From positions 1,728,001 to 1,792,000 of the forward strand of contig CBDCGL010000011.1 in assembly GCA_965216755.1 (NCBI GenBank): a DNA stretch of 64,000 nucleotides, written 5' to 3'. A program made the translations under genes and the position numbers. The notes below the pieces were generated by a model that saw only the letters and a list, made by a program, of their open reading frames with translations, made no database searches and was not told where the DNA came from. The stretch is from Alphaproteobacteria bacterium. GTDB taxonomy: Bacteria > Pseudomonadota > Alphaproteobacteria > UBA7887. This document shows positions 50,866-61,425 of this stretch, one piece after another. Each line of letters starts with the position of its first letter. Positions within the stretch are counted from its first letter, which is position 1.

Positions 50866-51264
50866 TCACAGAATGTTTTGAATATTGCTGATGGTCTCAC
50901 GCATATCGAAAAAGATGAGCCCCAGCTTGGCGTTATCGTTGGCCACAACCAGCAGCAAAACACCGCGCCCGGCGTCAATCAGAACCGCATAACCTTGCTC
51001 ACCGCGAACGACGACCTCTTCAACGGTGCCACGGCCCAACTCCGCCGCGCCGCGCGTGCCGAGGCTGAGAATTGTCGCGCTCATGCCCGCGACCCGCGTT
51101 TCGTCCAGGTGTTCCGGAAGTGAACTCGCGATCATCAATCCGTCTTCCGAAATTAGCGCTGCCGCTTCGACGTCCGGCGATCCGGTTTGCAATGATCGCA
51201 ACACGTTGGTCAGGTTTTCCGTACGGTTCAGAGAAAACGCCTTGCGTGTGGCCTCGCGTGCCAT
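50866..51264 (-). CDS. Roadblock/LC7 (MglB-like) protein
   Basis: PDVEAAALISEDGLMIAS, RVAGMSATILSLG.R...ELGRG, AKLGLIF.DM; AGGAG RBS. Confidence 0.92.
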   Translation of the reverse strand: MAREATRKAFSLNRTENLTNVLRSLQTGSPDVEAAALISEDGLMIASSLPEHLDETRVAGMSATILSLGTRGAAELGRGTVEEVVVRGEQGYAVLIDAGRGVLLLVVANDNAKLGLIFFDMRETISNIQNIL

Positions 51265-52632
51265 CGTCTCGCTCCTATTCACAGATTGGTCGTGTAGGCG
51301 ACCTGGTCTAAGTCGGATTGCCATGGTTCGCTGACATCTTGGTGAGTCGATTGATAAGCAAAAAAGTCGCGCGCCATAGGGCTGACGGCCTGGCGCGGCG
51401 TGGGCGATATTCGTTTCGTTGTCGCGCGCGGCGCGCCGCCCGCAAATGTCGGACACTTCGTTCGAGTGAATGAATGTTCACCTCTGGCGCACGCGGCGCG
51501 ACGCGCGCTTGAGCTGACGCCGCGCTATTCTGACAGGATGAACGCTCTCCCAAATCTGACAAAACATCCCGCTCCTTGCGCCAGCGATACTGTTCCGTAA
51601 GAGAAATATTTGCTTAAGCATATACCTACACACGGGTCGTCAGATTGACTTCGGTTAAGTGTCGCAAGATTTCACAAGGTCAATTCCTCACGAATCGGTA
51701 TCCTGCTGCCTACTAGTTGATGCCATGACACCCAAATAGGTGACAAGTCGCCGCTTCAATCGATATGCCCAAATAATTGGACATAGTTTATTAGTTTGAA
51801 CCTATCTAACGTTTTGCAATGATCCGAATGACTACATTCAAGCCGCAGCAGCGCGGTGCTGCCGGACCGTTCGACACAGGGCGTCAGATCAAGCTGCTAT
51901 TGTTATCGTAGCAATTATCTTTGCGACATTCATATCCACACATATTTTAAAGTTATTTTTGACGACCGCGAATTTGGCTTTAAACAAACGATTGATTTAA
52001 ACATGCGACCAAGTGACAGCCCGGTCGCAGCGGGCGTCGTATGGAATTGCACAAGGCGCGGCACTGGTATGGCTGATCTTTGTCGCGCGCGGACACAAGA
52101 TGGCACCTTGACGCTTAGCCCGATGAAGCAGTCGGGACATTGACATACGATTGGGACACTAGCGAAGCGATAACAATTTGATCCATGGAATGGATCTGGT
52201 CCTTGTTTCACCAAAGGTCTGGCTGAGCGCCGCGCAAGTATGGAACGGCCTCTTTGCGATTGGCCGACAAGGCATCTCGGAACTGCTAGCGCGGCTTCAC
52301 CTGCCATTCGGCGGCGCTGATATCAGCTTGTCACTGTTTGATTTTTCTTTTTCATTCGCCCGACACCGCGCAATGACCGGGCGCCTAACTACAGCTTGGT
52401 CGCGCGAAGCAATGCCTGACAGACGCTTTTTTGCAGTGAAACACTTGATGGGGCGACCAAATTGCCGCAAAATCAACAATGTTGAGTGGAGACGTATCGC
52501 ATGTGTTTCGCGATGATTGAATTGCCGTTGACCCGGTAAGCTCGGTTCCTTCCGACATTGTGAGCGTTGAAACGATCCCGCAGCCCACTCAGACGGGTTG
52601 CGTTCTTCCAAATCTCTGTCAGAGGTATGCTT

Positions 52633-52842
52633 ATGCCTACCGGAACTGTGAAATGGTTCAATCCCACGAAGGGATATGGGTTCATCGAACCGGAAGATGG
52701 CTCGAAGGATGCCTTCGTGCACATTTCCGCTGTCCAACGCGCAGGCCTAACCGGGCTCAGCGAAGGACAGAAAGTGTCATACGAATTGCAGACTGGACAA
52801 AACGGCAAGTCATCCGCCGAGAACTTGTCGTTGGTCGACTAG
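52633..52842 (+). CDS. cspA: Cold-shock protein
   Basis: [32 protein letters not shown]. Confidence 0.95.
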   Translation: MPTGTVKWFNPTKGYGFIEPEDGSKDAFVHISAVQRAGLTGLSEGQKVSYELQTGQNGKSSAENLSLVD

Positions 52843-52847
52843 AGTTA

Positions 52848-52886
52848 ACGCTGTCCTCCGTGCGCGTGAGGGCAGCGTCACTTTTT
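52848..52886 (+). terminator. Rho-independent terminator after cspA
   Basis: ACGCTGTCCTC / GAGGGCAGCGT stem followed by CACTTTTT. Confidence 0.7.
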
Positions 52887-53703
52887 CGCCTGGTCTACAT
52901 GACGACCCGGTGCGCGCGGTGATCGCGCGGTTAACGATGACCTAGAGTGTCATGCGCATTTGCCCGGACGCCGTAGCGTTGCAGCTACGCCATTGGGGAG
53001 TGGCGCGCCTGGATCGTCCGACAGCTGTGAACATCTGGCGCGCTCATAGCGCATCCGCGCGGGTTTCCGGTGTTAGCCTTAACAATGACGCGATCCGCGA
53101 ACCATGCGATTGTACCCCACGCGGCAAAGGCATGGCGCGCACCGACAATCTCCTTGAGAATGGTAAGAGCCGGCTCGGCTGGGCAAGAGACGGGGGCAAT
53201 CCAACCAACATTCCAGGAGTCGCGAAGTAGGGTCGCCGAGGTCGGTTTCCTTTACGTTGTTGCCGCGCGCGAGAGTCTCAGGCTTGTTGCCAGTGCCGAA
53301 CACGATGGGTTTTCCTTCATGTTCGATGACAGCGGAAACGCCACTATCCTTCTGCATGGCCGAAGACTTTCGGAACGCATCGTCGAGGACCACCATCAAG
53401 GTCGTATCGGATTGCACCGCGATCGGCGCGACGTCGAATGGCGGCACCAACCCAGCGAAAAATAATGGCGGGCGGCTTGTGCTTGGCCACTTTGGAAGAA
53501 TACGAGCGAAGGGCACGTCCGTCGTTTCCTCCGTTCGATTCGTGGGAACCCGTAACCTACGGGCGCCACAAAGAGCGATGTCGCGCCCAAGCATTCGGTC
53601 ACGCAAAGTCCCTAGCGATAGCGCGTTCGTCAAAGCGAAGTCGCCCGAACGGGCCGCGCGTCTTTATAATGCTGCTTGCGACTTTCACATGGAGGCGTAT
53701 CCG

Positions 53704-54282
53704 ATGAGCACAGTCGACCCCAATCGCGTCATTTTGACCGGCGAGAATCCCTTTATCCGTTTGAGCCGAAACCAGGATGGGCCACTAAGCACCGTCGCCA
53801 GCTTCTGGCGCATCATCTTTTGCCCGGCCGGCCCAGGACATGTGCTCTATCTGAAGAGTGAACTCACCGACGACCATTGGCGGATCTATGCAGACAACAT
53901 TGCCATGGCGCGTTGGTTGCAGAAGACCGTCCAGGGCATGTTGAATGAAGAGACCGCCGATACGACAATTCCGGTGATTGACGCCGCATTCGACCAGTCA
54001 GGCGATGCGCGGGACTTCTGGACCGAGCATGTCGAGGCCGCCAACGAAACCATCAGTTTGACATGGTACGGTCTCGGCGAACCTCTTTTGGTGCACACAC
54101 AACCTGGCGCGGAACCTGGCCGTCCCTACGGTGTCGCCACGATATTGGTCCCAGCAATGAGCGCCCGTTTGCTGCATAACGGCAGTGAAGCCGCCGGCCG
54201 GCCCTGGCCGCAGGAACGCGAGGGGCGCCCGTTCAGCACTTGCGCCCTTGCATTTTCCGAAAGCTGGACAGAAGCACGCTGA
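53704..54282 (+). CDS. Hypothetical protein
   Basis: GGAGG RBS, 192-aa ORF with coding-like composition; no family recognised. Confidence 0.75.
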   Translation: MSTVDPNRVILTGENPFIRLSRNQDGPLSTVASFWRIIFCPAGPGHVLYLKSELTDDHWRIYADNIAMARWLQKTVQGMLNEETADTTIPVIDAAFDQSGDARDFWTEHVEAANETISLTWYGLGEPLLVHTQPGAEPGRPYGVATILVPAMSARLLHNGSEAAGRPWPQEREGRPFSTCALAFSESWTEAR

Positions 54283-54291
54283 GTTGCACGC

Positions 54292-55080
54292 TCAAAATCG
54301 GGCTTCTGCCCGACCGAGTCGATCAACCTCTATTTGGACGACGTCGCCGGCGTTGACCCATTTCGTCTCCACGACGCTGCCCAACAACACGAAACTTTTT
54401 GCAGGCAGTGTTTCACCGCGTCCGGCGCACATGTTGGCCAGCCAAGCCAACGCCTCGAACGGGTGGCCCATGATATCGCCGCCGACGCCACGTCCGACTT
54501 CGTCGCCATTGATCCGCATGACGCCGGCAATCGCGGTTAGATCCCAATCGCGCCAATCGGGACGTTCGGGACCCAACACACAACCAGCATCGAAAAAATC
54601 ATCGGCGATCAGCGTCGGCGCGCCCAGACGATGATAGTCGTTATAGCGGTCGTCGACGACTTCGATTGCAGCCATCACCGCGCCGACCGCGGGGGCCACG
54701 CTGTCTCGTGAAAAAGTCCCCGTGCCACACAAGGGCGCACACAGGCTCACGGCAATCTCACACTCGACTCCGACCTTGCGATAATCGTTATGGCGAAACT
54801 GGCCAGCTTCCCGATGGGCGGTCGGTGCCAATACGCCGCCTGCGCAGGGGTTATCGATACTCAAGAAACGCTGCATGACCTTCGTCGTGCAACCGATCTT
54901 GCGGCCTGCGATCGGACCGGCGCCACTATCGGCGAGCACGGCGTGTAACCGATTTTGGATATCATAGGCTTGGTGTTCATCGGTCGGGCGACATTCAGTC
55001 GGCAACGCGCGCACAAGGGGTCCATGGCGGCGACCCTCGGCAAGCAAGTTGGCCGCGCGATCTAAATTCTCCGGTGTCAC
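54292..55080 (-). CDS. 2-keto-4-pentenoate hydratase / FAH family protein
   Basis: AYDIQ, GRKIGCT, VECEIA, AAIEVVD.RY, IADDF, GHPF.AL.WLAN. Confidence 0.9.
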   Translation of the reverse strand: MTPENLDRAANLLAEGRRHGPLVRALPTECRPTDEHQAYDIQNRLHAVLADSGAGPIAGRKIGCTTKVMQRFLSIDNPCAGGVLAPTAHREAGQFRHNDYRKVGVECEIAVSLCAPLCGTGTFSRDSVAPAVGAVMAAIEVVDDRYNDYHRLGAPTLIADDFFDAGCVLGPERPDWRDWDLTAIAGVMRINGDEVGRGVGGDIMGHPFEALAWLANMCAGRGETLPAKSFVLLGSVVETKWVNAGDVVQIEVDRLGRAEARF

Positions 55081-55910
55081 TTTGCGGACTCCGTGCGTGG
55101 CGCCGCGCCGTCGACAAGATGGCCGTTCATCACCACGCGAGCTTGGCCGGCCAGCTCGACGCGATCCGAACCGATGGCAACCCGGACGAAACCACCCCGG
55201 TACGATGCCTGATAGCCGACGAGACTGGTCTTGTTCAGTCGGCGCGCCCAGAACGGCCCAAGCATGCAGTGTGCCGACCCCGTGACCGGATCTTCATTGA
55301 TGCCCGCTGCGGGCGCAAAAAAGCGCGACACAAAATCAGCATCGTCTTGATCACTTGGCGCTGTAACGGTGACCGCGCGCATCTCCATGGCCGCGATCGG
55401 CCCGAAATCAGGGTTGAGATCGCGCACGTCCTGTGCTCGCTCTACGACGATCAGAACATCCCATTTGCCACGGCCGGTCCATATGGGTGTCACCCCCAAC
55501 GCAGCGGTCAATCCCGCCGGCGGCTCAGATTCATGAGGTGGATCACTGGGAAAATCGAGCGCGATCCAATCGCCGTCGCGGCGCGCCACCAACACGCCAC
55601 TGCGCGTATGGAATCGAATCTGCGAAACCGGCGTAACCTTTGATGTCCAGAGCACGTGGGCGCTCGCCAAAGTCGCATGACCGCACAGATCAACTTCAAA
55701 GCGCGGCGTGAACCAGCGCAAATCGAAACCATCATCGTTGCCGCGCGCCACAACGAATGCGGTTTCGGACAGATTCATTTCCGCCGCAACCGCCTGCATC
55801 CAATCCGCGGACGCCGGCGACCGCAAGATACATATGGCGGCCGGATTGCCGGCAAACGGCTTAGTTGTGAACGCGTCAACAATAACAATGGGCTGAGTCA
55901 TAACTGCCAT
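55077..55910 (-). CDS. PhzF-family isomerase
   Basis: VDAFT..PF.GNPAA, EMNLSETAF, EVDLCGHATLA, EDPVTGSAH. Confidence 0.95.
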   Translation of the reverse strand: MAVMTQPIVIVDAFTTKPFAGNPAAICILRSPASADWMQAVAAEMNLSETAFVVARGNDDGFDLRWFTPRFEVDLCGHATLASAHVLWTSKVTPVSQIRFHTRSGVLVARRDGDWIALDFPSDPPHESEPPAGLTAALGVTPIWTGRGKWDVLIVVERAQDVRDLNPDFGPIAAMEMRAVTVTAPSDQDDADFVSRFFAPAAGINEDPVTGSAHCMLGPFWARRLNKTSLVGYQASYRGGFVRVAIGSDRVELAGQARVVMNGHLVDGAAPRTESAK

Positions 55911-55990
55911 GCGCGGTTCCAATGCGATTTGTCAGCATAAGCGGTTGGCATTGGTTGACCACCCCTAAACGGCCGGATAGCGTGGCGCCC

Positions 55991-56692
55991 ATGGCACTGT
56001 TGGGAAAAGGTCTCCTGTGCATTTGGCACGACGTCGATGCGGATGACGACGTCGCACTTCACCATTGGTACATTAAAGAGCATTTGCTGGAGCGAATCGG
56101 GATCCCGGGTTTTATTCGCGCGCGCCGCTATTCTTCTGCTGATCCCCAATCGTCTCCGCGTTTCGCCGCCGTCTACGAAACCGAAACCGCGGAGACGCTA
56201 CAAAGCGCCGCCTATTTGGGACGTCTCAACGATCCAACACCCCTGAGCCGCGACAACTTGGCGCGGTTTCGAAACACCAACCGCACCGTTTTTCGCGTCG
56301 TAGCAAGTCTGGGGCATGGCATTGGTGGTGCCCTGCGGGTGATGCCACTGGCTCCGATCGGCGACGCCGCACCTTTTTGTCGTTGGTTAGAGGACGGGGC
56401 TTTACCCGCGCTCGACGAAAGTCATGGCATTGTCGGTGCGCATCTGCTCGCCGGCGACACAGCGCTTAGCCGCAACGACTCGACAGAAACCGAGATCCGC
56501 GAGACGCCGGACGAAATCTCGTCGTTGGTGTTGATGGTTGAGGGCTTGTCTACCGCGACGATCGCCAGCGCTTGCGAGGCTCAATTGTCGGCACGCACAA
56601 TGGCCACCTATGGCGGCGTTTCTGACAAGGTCCTGGATTTCAGATTGATCCATTCGGTGGTTTCCGCCGACGCGCTGCAGATCCGATCTTGA
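55991..56692 (+). CDS. EthD/DUF4286-like dimeric alpha/beta barrel protein
   Basis: WHDV....HHWY.KEH..ER..IPGF.RARRY, Y..RLNDPTP. Confidence 0.7.
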   Translation: MALLGKGLLCIWHDVDADDDVALHHWYIKEHLLERIGIPGFIRARRYSSADPQSSPRFAAVYETETAETLQSAAYLGRLNDPTPLSRDNLARFRNTNRTVFRVVASLGHGIGGALRVMPLAPIGDAAPFCRWLEDGALPALDESHGIVGAHLLAGDTALSRNDSTETEIRETPDEISSLVLMVEGLSTATIASACEAQLSARTMATYGGVSDKVLDFRLIHSVVSADALQIRS

Positions 56693-58002
56693 CCCACAAG
56701 CCGCGGGGCCGCGTCTGGCGGCTCGCCCTGCCAATCATCCTTGCCAATTTGACCGTGCCATTGCTGGGCGCGGTCGATACCGCCGTTATCGGCGATCAAA
56801 GCGCTGCACATATTGGCGCCGTTGCGGTTGGCGCGACGATATTTTCATTCCTCTATTGGGCGTTCGGTTTTCTGCGTATGTCGACCACCGGCTTCGCGGC
56901 GCAAGCCCATGGCGGCGGCCACGCAAATGAAACCGTCGCGCTTCTTGGTCGCGCCTGCCTGCTGGCAATCGGGTTTGGTGGTGCGCTTGTCCTGCTGCAA
57001 TGGCCGACAATTGCCCTCGCTCTTTCACTTGTCGCCCCCAGTGCCGAGGTAGAACCTTTGGCACGCAACTATGCACTGATCCGTATCTGGGGCGCACCAG
57101 CGGCGCTTGCCAACTCGGTCGTGGTTGGCTGGTTGGTTGGGCAGCAACGCGCCGGAACGGCCTTCGCGGTTCAATTGGTCATCAATGGCACCAATATCGC
57201 GTTGGACGTATGGCTCGCGCGCGGTTTGAACATGGACGTCAGCGGTGTCGCCCTTGCCACCGTCATTGCACAATATTTGGGTTTGGCCGTAGGTGCCGCA
57301 TTGATTGCACATCGCGCCCGGCAGATCGGCGCCCATTGGCGGTGGGACACGATCCGTGATCGTCACGCCTTGCTGGGTCTCCTACGTGTCAACCGCGATA
57401 TCTTTGTGCGCACGATATGCGTGTTGCTGGCGGTCGCGATGTTCACGGCCCAAGGCGCACGGATGGGAGACTTGGTCCTCGCGGCCAACGGTATTTTACT
57501 GTTGTTCCAGTCCTTTATGTCTTATGGGCTGGACGGTTTCGCCCACGCCGCCGAAGCCTTGGTAGGTGCCGCATATGGGAAAGGCGATCGCCGCGCATTT
57601 CGGACCGCCGTGGTTGCTTCGACCCGCTTGGCGGTTATGGTCGCCGGCGGATACACTGTGCTTTACGGTTTGTTCGGCGTGTCCCTCATCAGCCTGATAA
57701 CCAATTTGCCGGACGTGAAAGACGAGACTGCGCGGTACCTGCCGTGGCTGGTCGCGTCGCCTCTGGTTTCGGTTTGGGCGTTCCAGTTTGACGGCATCTT
57801 TATCGGCGCCACGCGCGCCGCGCATATGCGCAATGCCATGGTGCTGTCGTTTGTCATCTTCATCGCCTTGATGCTTTGGTTGGTGCCGGTCTGGTCCAAT
57901 CACGGCTTGTGGCTGGCGTTCACACTGTTCATGTCGGCGCGCGGCATCACGCTTGGCGCCTACTATCCCGCATTGGAAAGATCGGTCGCCAACCCGCGAT
58001 AA
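56689..58002 (+). CDS. dinF: MATE efflux transporter, DinF-like
   Basis: LALPIILANL.VPLLG.VDTAV.G, FLRMSTTG, LDGFA.AAE, DGIFIGAT. Confidence 0.9.
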   Translation: MTHKPRGRVWRLALPIILANLTVPLLGAVDTAVIGDQSAAHIGAVAVGATIFSFLYWAFGFLRMSTTGFAAQAHGGGHANETVALLGRACLLAIGFGGALVLLQWPTIALALSLVAPSAEVEPLARNYALIRIWGAPAALANSVVVGWLVGQQRAGTAFAVQLVINGTNIALDVWLARGLNMDVSGVALATVIAQYLGLAVGAALIAHRARQIGAHWRWDTIRDRHALLGLLRVNRDIFVRTICVLLAVAMFTAQGARMGDLVLAANGILLLFQSFMSYGLDGFAHAAEALVGAAYGKGDRRAFRTAVVASTRLAVMVAGGYTVLYGLFGVSLISLITNLPDVKDETARYLPWLVASPLVSVWAFQFDGIFIGATRAAHMRNAMVLSFVIFIALMLWLVPVWSNHGLWLAFTLFMSARGITLGAYYPALERSVANPR

Positions 58003-58104
58003 CACCAGACGTCACAGCGACCTTGGCAATCCGGTTGCAAATAGGGCATGGTGTGGCGCGCTCGTTGGGGGGGTGCTCGAAGGTAATAGACATAGGTTGT
58101 GCGA

Positions 58105-59262
58105 ATGAAGATCGCGGTTCCAAAGGAAGTGCGCGCGGGCGAAACGCGCGTCGCGACATCGCCGGACGTTGTCAAGAAACTCGTCGGCATGGGGATCGAG
58201 GTTACCATCGAAGCGGACGCCGGAGTGGCCGCAGGTGTTTTGGACGACGCTTTCGCGGCCGCCGGCGCCAAGATCGAGAAAACCGCGAAATCAACTTTGA
58301 AGGGTGCGGACGTGGTGCTCAAGGTTGCCCGGCCGATGTCCAAAGATGAAGGCACCGATGAGGTGGGCGCGATGCCCAAGGGCGCCTTGCTGATCGGCCT
58401 GTTGGCACCGATGCAGCACAAGGAACAGGTGGCGCAATACGCCAAAGCCGGACTCACCGCCTTTGCCATGGAATTGGTGCCCCGCATCAGCCGGGCGCAG
58501 AGCATGGATGCCCTGTCGTCACAGAGCAATCTGGCCGGCTACAAGGCGGTGATTGATGCCGCCGCGACGTTTGGCAAGGCCATGCCGATGATGATGACGG
58601 CCGCCGGCACAATCGCCCCCGCGAAGACGTTGATCTTGGGCGCCGGCGTTGCCGGTCTACAAGCCATTGCGACGGCACGGCGGCTTGGCGCCGTGGTCTC
58701 GGCGTTTGACGTTCGGCCTGCCGTGAAAGAGCAGGTTGAGAGCCTGGGCGCCAAGTTCGTCGAGGTGGCGAGCGACGAGTCCGAGGGCGCGGAAACGGCC
58801 GGCGGATACGCCAAGGAGATGAGCGAGGACTACCAGCGCAAGCAGCGTGAGCTCATTCATGAGACCGCAAAAACGCAGGATATGATCATCACGACGGCCC
58901 TGATTCCGGGGCGGCCGGCACCAACCTTGATCACTGAACAAATGGTCAAGGATATGAAGGCAGGTTCGGTGATCGTCGACTTGGCGGTCGAAACCGGTGG
59001 AAATTGCGAATTGAGCGAATACGGCAAGATCGTTAAAAAACATGGTGTCATCATTATTGGCCATGCAAATGTTCCAGGGCGCGTGGCCACCGATGCCAGC
59101 CATCTTTACGCCCGCAACCTGCTCAATTTCCTGAACCCAATGATCGATGGCGAAAGCAAGAGCCTGGCCATCGACTGGGACGACGAAGTGGTCAAAGGGG
59201 CCCTGCTGACACGCGACGGCGAAGTCGTACACCCGGCCCTGAAGAATGGAGACGGTTCATGA
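58105..59262 (+). CDS. pntAA: NAD(P) transhydrogenase alpha subunit part 1
   Basis: [44 protein letters not shown]. Confidence 0.97.
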   Translation: MKIAVPKEVRAGETRVATSPDVVKKLVGMGIEVTIEADAGVAAGVLDDAFAAAGAKIEKTAKSTLKGADVVLKVARPMSKDEGTDEVGAMPKGALLIGLLAPMQHKEQVAQYAKAGLTAFAMELVPRISRAQSMDALSSQSNLAGYKAVIDAAATFGKAMPMMMTAAGTIAPAKTLILGAGVAGLQAIATARRLGAVVSAFDVRPAVKEQVESLGAKFVEVASDESEGAETAGGYAKEMSEDYQRKQRELIHETAKTQDMIITTALIPGRPAPTLITEQMVKDMKAGSVIVDLAVETGGNCELSEYGKIVKKHGVIIIGHANVPGRVATDASHLYARNLLNFLNPMIDGESKSLAIDWDDEVVKGALLTRDGEVVHPALKNGDGS

Positions 59263-59582
59263 TCGATCCCTTTGTCAACCAAATCACAATCTTCGTGCTG
59301 GCGGTCTTTGTCGGGTACTACGTGGTTTGGAGCGTGACGCCGGCGCTGCATACGCCGCTGATGTCGGTCACCAATGCCATCTCCGGGATTATTGTGGTCG
59401 GGGCGATTATCGCTGTTGGCGCAGGCGGTGCGCTGGCACCAGCCGAAGATGGCGGTGGTGGCGGTGAAACGGGCCTGGCGCGCATTCTTGGTTTTGTCGC
59501 GGTGGCGCTGGCGTCGGTCAACATATTCGGTGGCTTCATCGTGACCCAGCGCATGCTGCAAATGTTCAAGAAAAAACGCTAA
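59259..59582 (+). CDS. pntAB: NAD(P) transhydrogenase alpha subunit part 2
   Basis: [32 protein letters not shown]. Confidence 0.96.
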   Translation: MIDPFVNQITIFVLAVFVGYYVVWSVTPALHTPLMSVTNAISGIIVVGAIIAVGAGGALAPAEDGGGGGETGLARILGFVAVALASVNIFGGFIVTQRMLQMFKKKR

Positions 59583-59597
59583 TAACGGGGGCGAGAC

Positions 59598-60986
59598 GTG
59601 AGTGCCAATGTATCCGCGATCGCATATCTGATCGCCGCCGTCTGTTTCATTCTCGCGCTGAAGGGGTTGTCGTCACCGACATCGGCGCGCTCGGGCAACA
59701 TCTTCGGCATTGTCGGCATGGTCATTGCCACACTGACCACGCTGGCTGCGCCGGACATGGGCAACTTCGGGTATATCGTGATCGCCGTCTTGATTGGTGG
59801 CGCCATCGGCGCGGTCATCGCCATGCGCATCGAAATGGCTGCGATGCCGCAATTGGTGGCCGCATTCCATAGCTTGGTTGGTTTGGCGGCAGTGTTGGTG
59901 GCGGGCGCCGCGCTCTACGCCCCAGATGCTTACGGCATCGGCACGGTGGGCCACATCAAGGCCATCAGCCGCGTCGAAATGTCGTTGGGCGCGGTCATCG
60001 GCGCCATCACCTTTACCGGTTCTGTCATCGCATTTGCCAAGCTTCAGGCACTGATGAGCGGTGCGCCGATCGTGTTTCCAGGTCAACACTTGCTCAATTT
60101 GGTGCTTGGTCTGGTGATTGTCGGCCTGATCGTTGCGTTCTGCCTGTCGGAATCGCACGCGACGTTTTGGCTGATGACGGCGCTCGCGCTATTGATCGGA
60201 ATTCTCATCATCATACCGATCGGCGGCGCCGACATGCCGGTGGTGATCTCGATGCTCAACTCGTACTCGGGGTGGGCGGCCGCAGGGATTGGGTTTACGC
60301 TGCAGAATACCGCTTTGATCATCGTCGGTGCTTTGGTCGGCTCATCTGGCGCGATCCTTAGTTACATCATGTGTCGCGCCATGAACCGGTCGTTTTTCAG
60401 CGTCATTTTGGGGGGCTTTGGCGGCGAAGCTCAGGCGGCCGATATGGCCAGTCGTGGCGATAAAGTCGCCAAGCCGGGCAGCGCCGACGATGCTGCGTTC
60501 ATACTGAAGAACGCGAGCTCGGTGATCATCGTACCCGGTTACGGAATGGCGGTTGCGCAAGCACAACACGCAGTTCGTGAAATGGCTGATGAGCTGAAGA
60601 AAGAGGGCGTATCGGTGCGCTATGCCATTCATCCGGTGGCGGGCCGCATGCCGGGCCATATGAACGTCCTGCTGGCGGAAGCCAACGTACCTTATGAAGA
60701 CGTTTTTGAGCTGGAGGAGATCAACAGCGACTTTTCTTCGGCTGATGTCGCGTTCGTAATCGGTGCCAACGATGTGACGAATCCGGCCGCGCAAAAAGAC
60801 CCGTCCAGTCCGATCGCGGGCATGCCCATTTTGGAGGTGGAAAAGGCGCAGACCGTGCTGTTTGTCAAACGCAGCTTATCGCCCGGCTATGCCGGCATCG
60901 ACAACGAGCTGTTTTATGCTGATGGCACCATGATGTTGTTTGCCGACGCCAAGAAGATGGTCGAGGACGTCGTCAAGGCGCTCTGA
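59598..60986 (+). CDS. pntB: NAD(P) transhydrogenase beta subunit
   Basis: MPQLVAAFHS, GGADMPVVISMLNSYSG, HPVAGRMPGHMNVLLAEA. Confidence 0.97.
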   Translation: MSANVSAIAYLIAAVCFILALKGLSSPTSARSGNIFGIVGMVIATLTTLAAPDMGNFGYIVIAVLIGGAIGAVIAMRIEMAAMPQLVAAFHSLVGLAAVLVAGAALYAPDAYGIGTVGHIKAISRVEMSLGAVIGAITFTGSVIAFAKLQALMSGAPIVFPGQHLLNLVLGLVIVGLIVAFCLSESHATFWLMTALALLIGILIIIPIGGADMPVVISMLNSYSGWAAAGIGFTLQNTALIIVGALVGSSGAILSYIMCRAMNRSFFSVILGGFGGEAQAADMASRGDKVAKPGSADDAAFILKNASSVIIVPGYGMAVAQAQHAVREMADELKKEGVSVRYAIHPVAGRMPGHMNVLLAEANVPYEDVFELEEINSDFSSADVAFVIGANDVTNPAAQKDPSSPIAGMPILEVEKAQTVLFVKRSLSPGYAGIDNELFYADGTMMLFADAKKMVEDVVKAL

Positions 60987-61125
60987 CAAGGCTGAGCGCC
61001 GGAAATGCGCCCCGAGACGCGCGAAGCCTATACTCCCGCGCCGCAATCGCGGTCGGAATGCTGAATTGCTGATTTGGGGAGTTTGGCAGCTGCGGCACAC
61101 AGATCCGGCGCCGCGGCGGGCTTTG

Positions 61126-61326
61126 CTATTCTTCGCGTTGCGCCCGCTTCCGCGCCAGCTTTCGCGCCCGGCGGATCGCCTCAGCCTTTTCGCGGGCCCG
61201 ACGTTCCGACGGTTTTTCATAGGACCGGCGCATTTTCATCTCACGAAAAATCCCTTCGCGCTGCATCTTCTTTTTCAACGCACGAAGGGCCTGATCGACA
61301 TTGTTGTCGCGAACCAATACCTGCAA
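61126..61326 (-). CDS. rpsU: 30S ribosomal protein S21
   Basis: [33 protein letters not shown]. Confidence 0.97.
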   Translation of the reverse strand: MQVLVRDNNVDQALRALKKKMQREGIFREMKMRRSYEKPSERRAREKAEAIRRARKLARKRAQREE

Positions 61327-61425
61327 TGTTCGGGTCTCGTTCCTCAGTGTGTGACGGGTCGACGTGGAAGCATTATAGATAGCGTAACGGAGGCTGATTG
61401 GGAAGGACGCCGGAGAAAATAGTCG

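Noticed and set aside
53257-53703. N-terminal extensions in the ORF track (also for larE, ALDH, livG, ABM, deacylase)
   Set aside because: Downstream starts have better RBSs and match family N-termini; several extensions overlap neighbouring genes
55077-55910. Phenazine biosynthesis cluster
   Set aside because: Lone PhzF-family gene with no other phz genes
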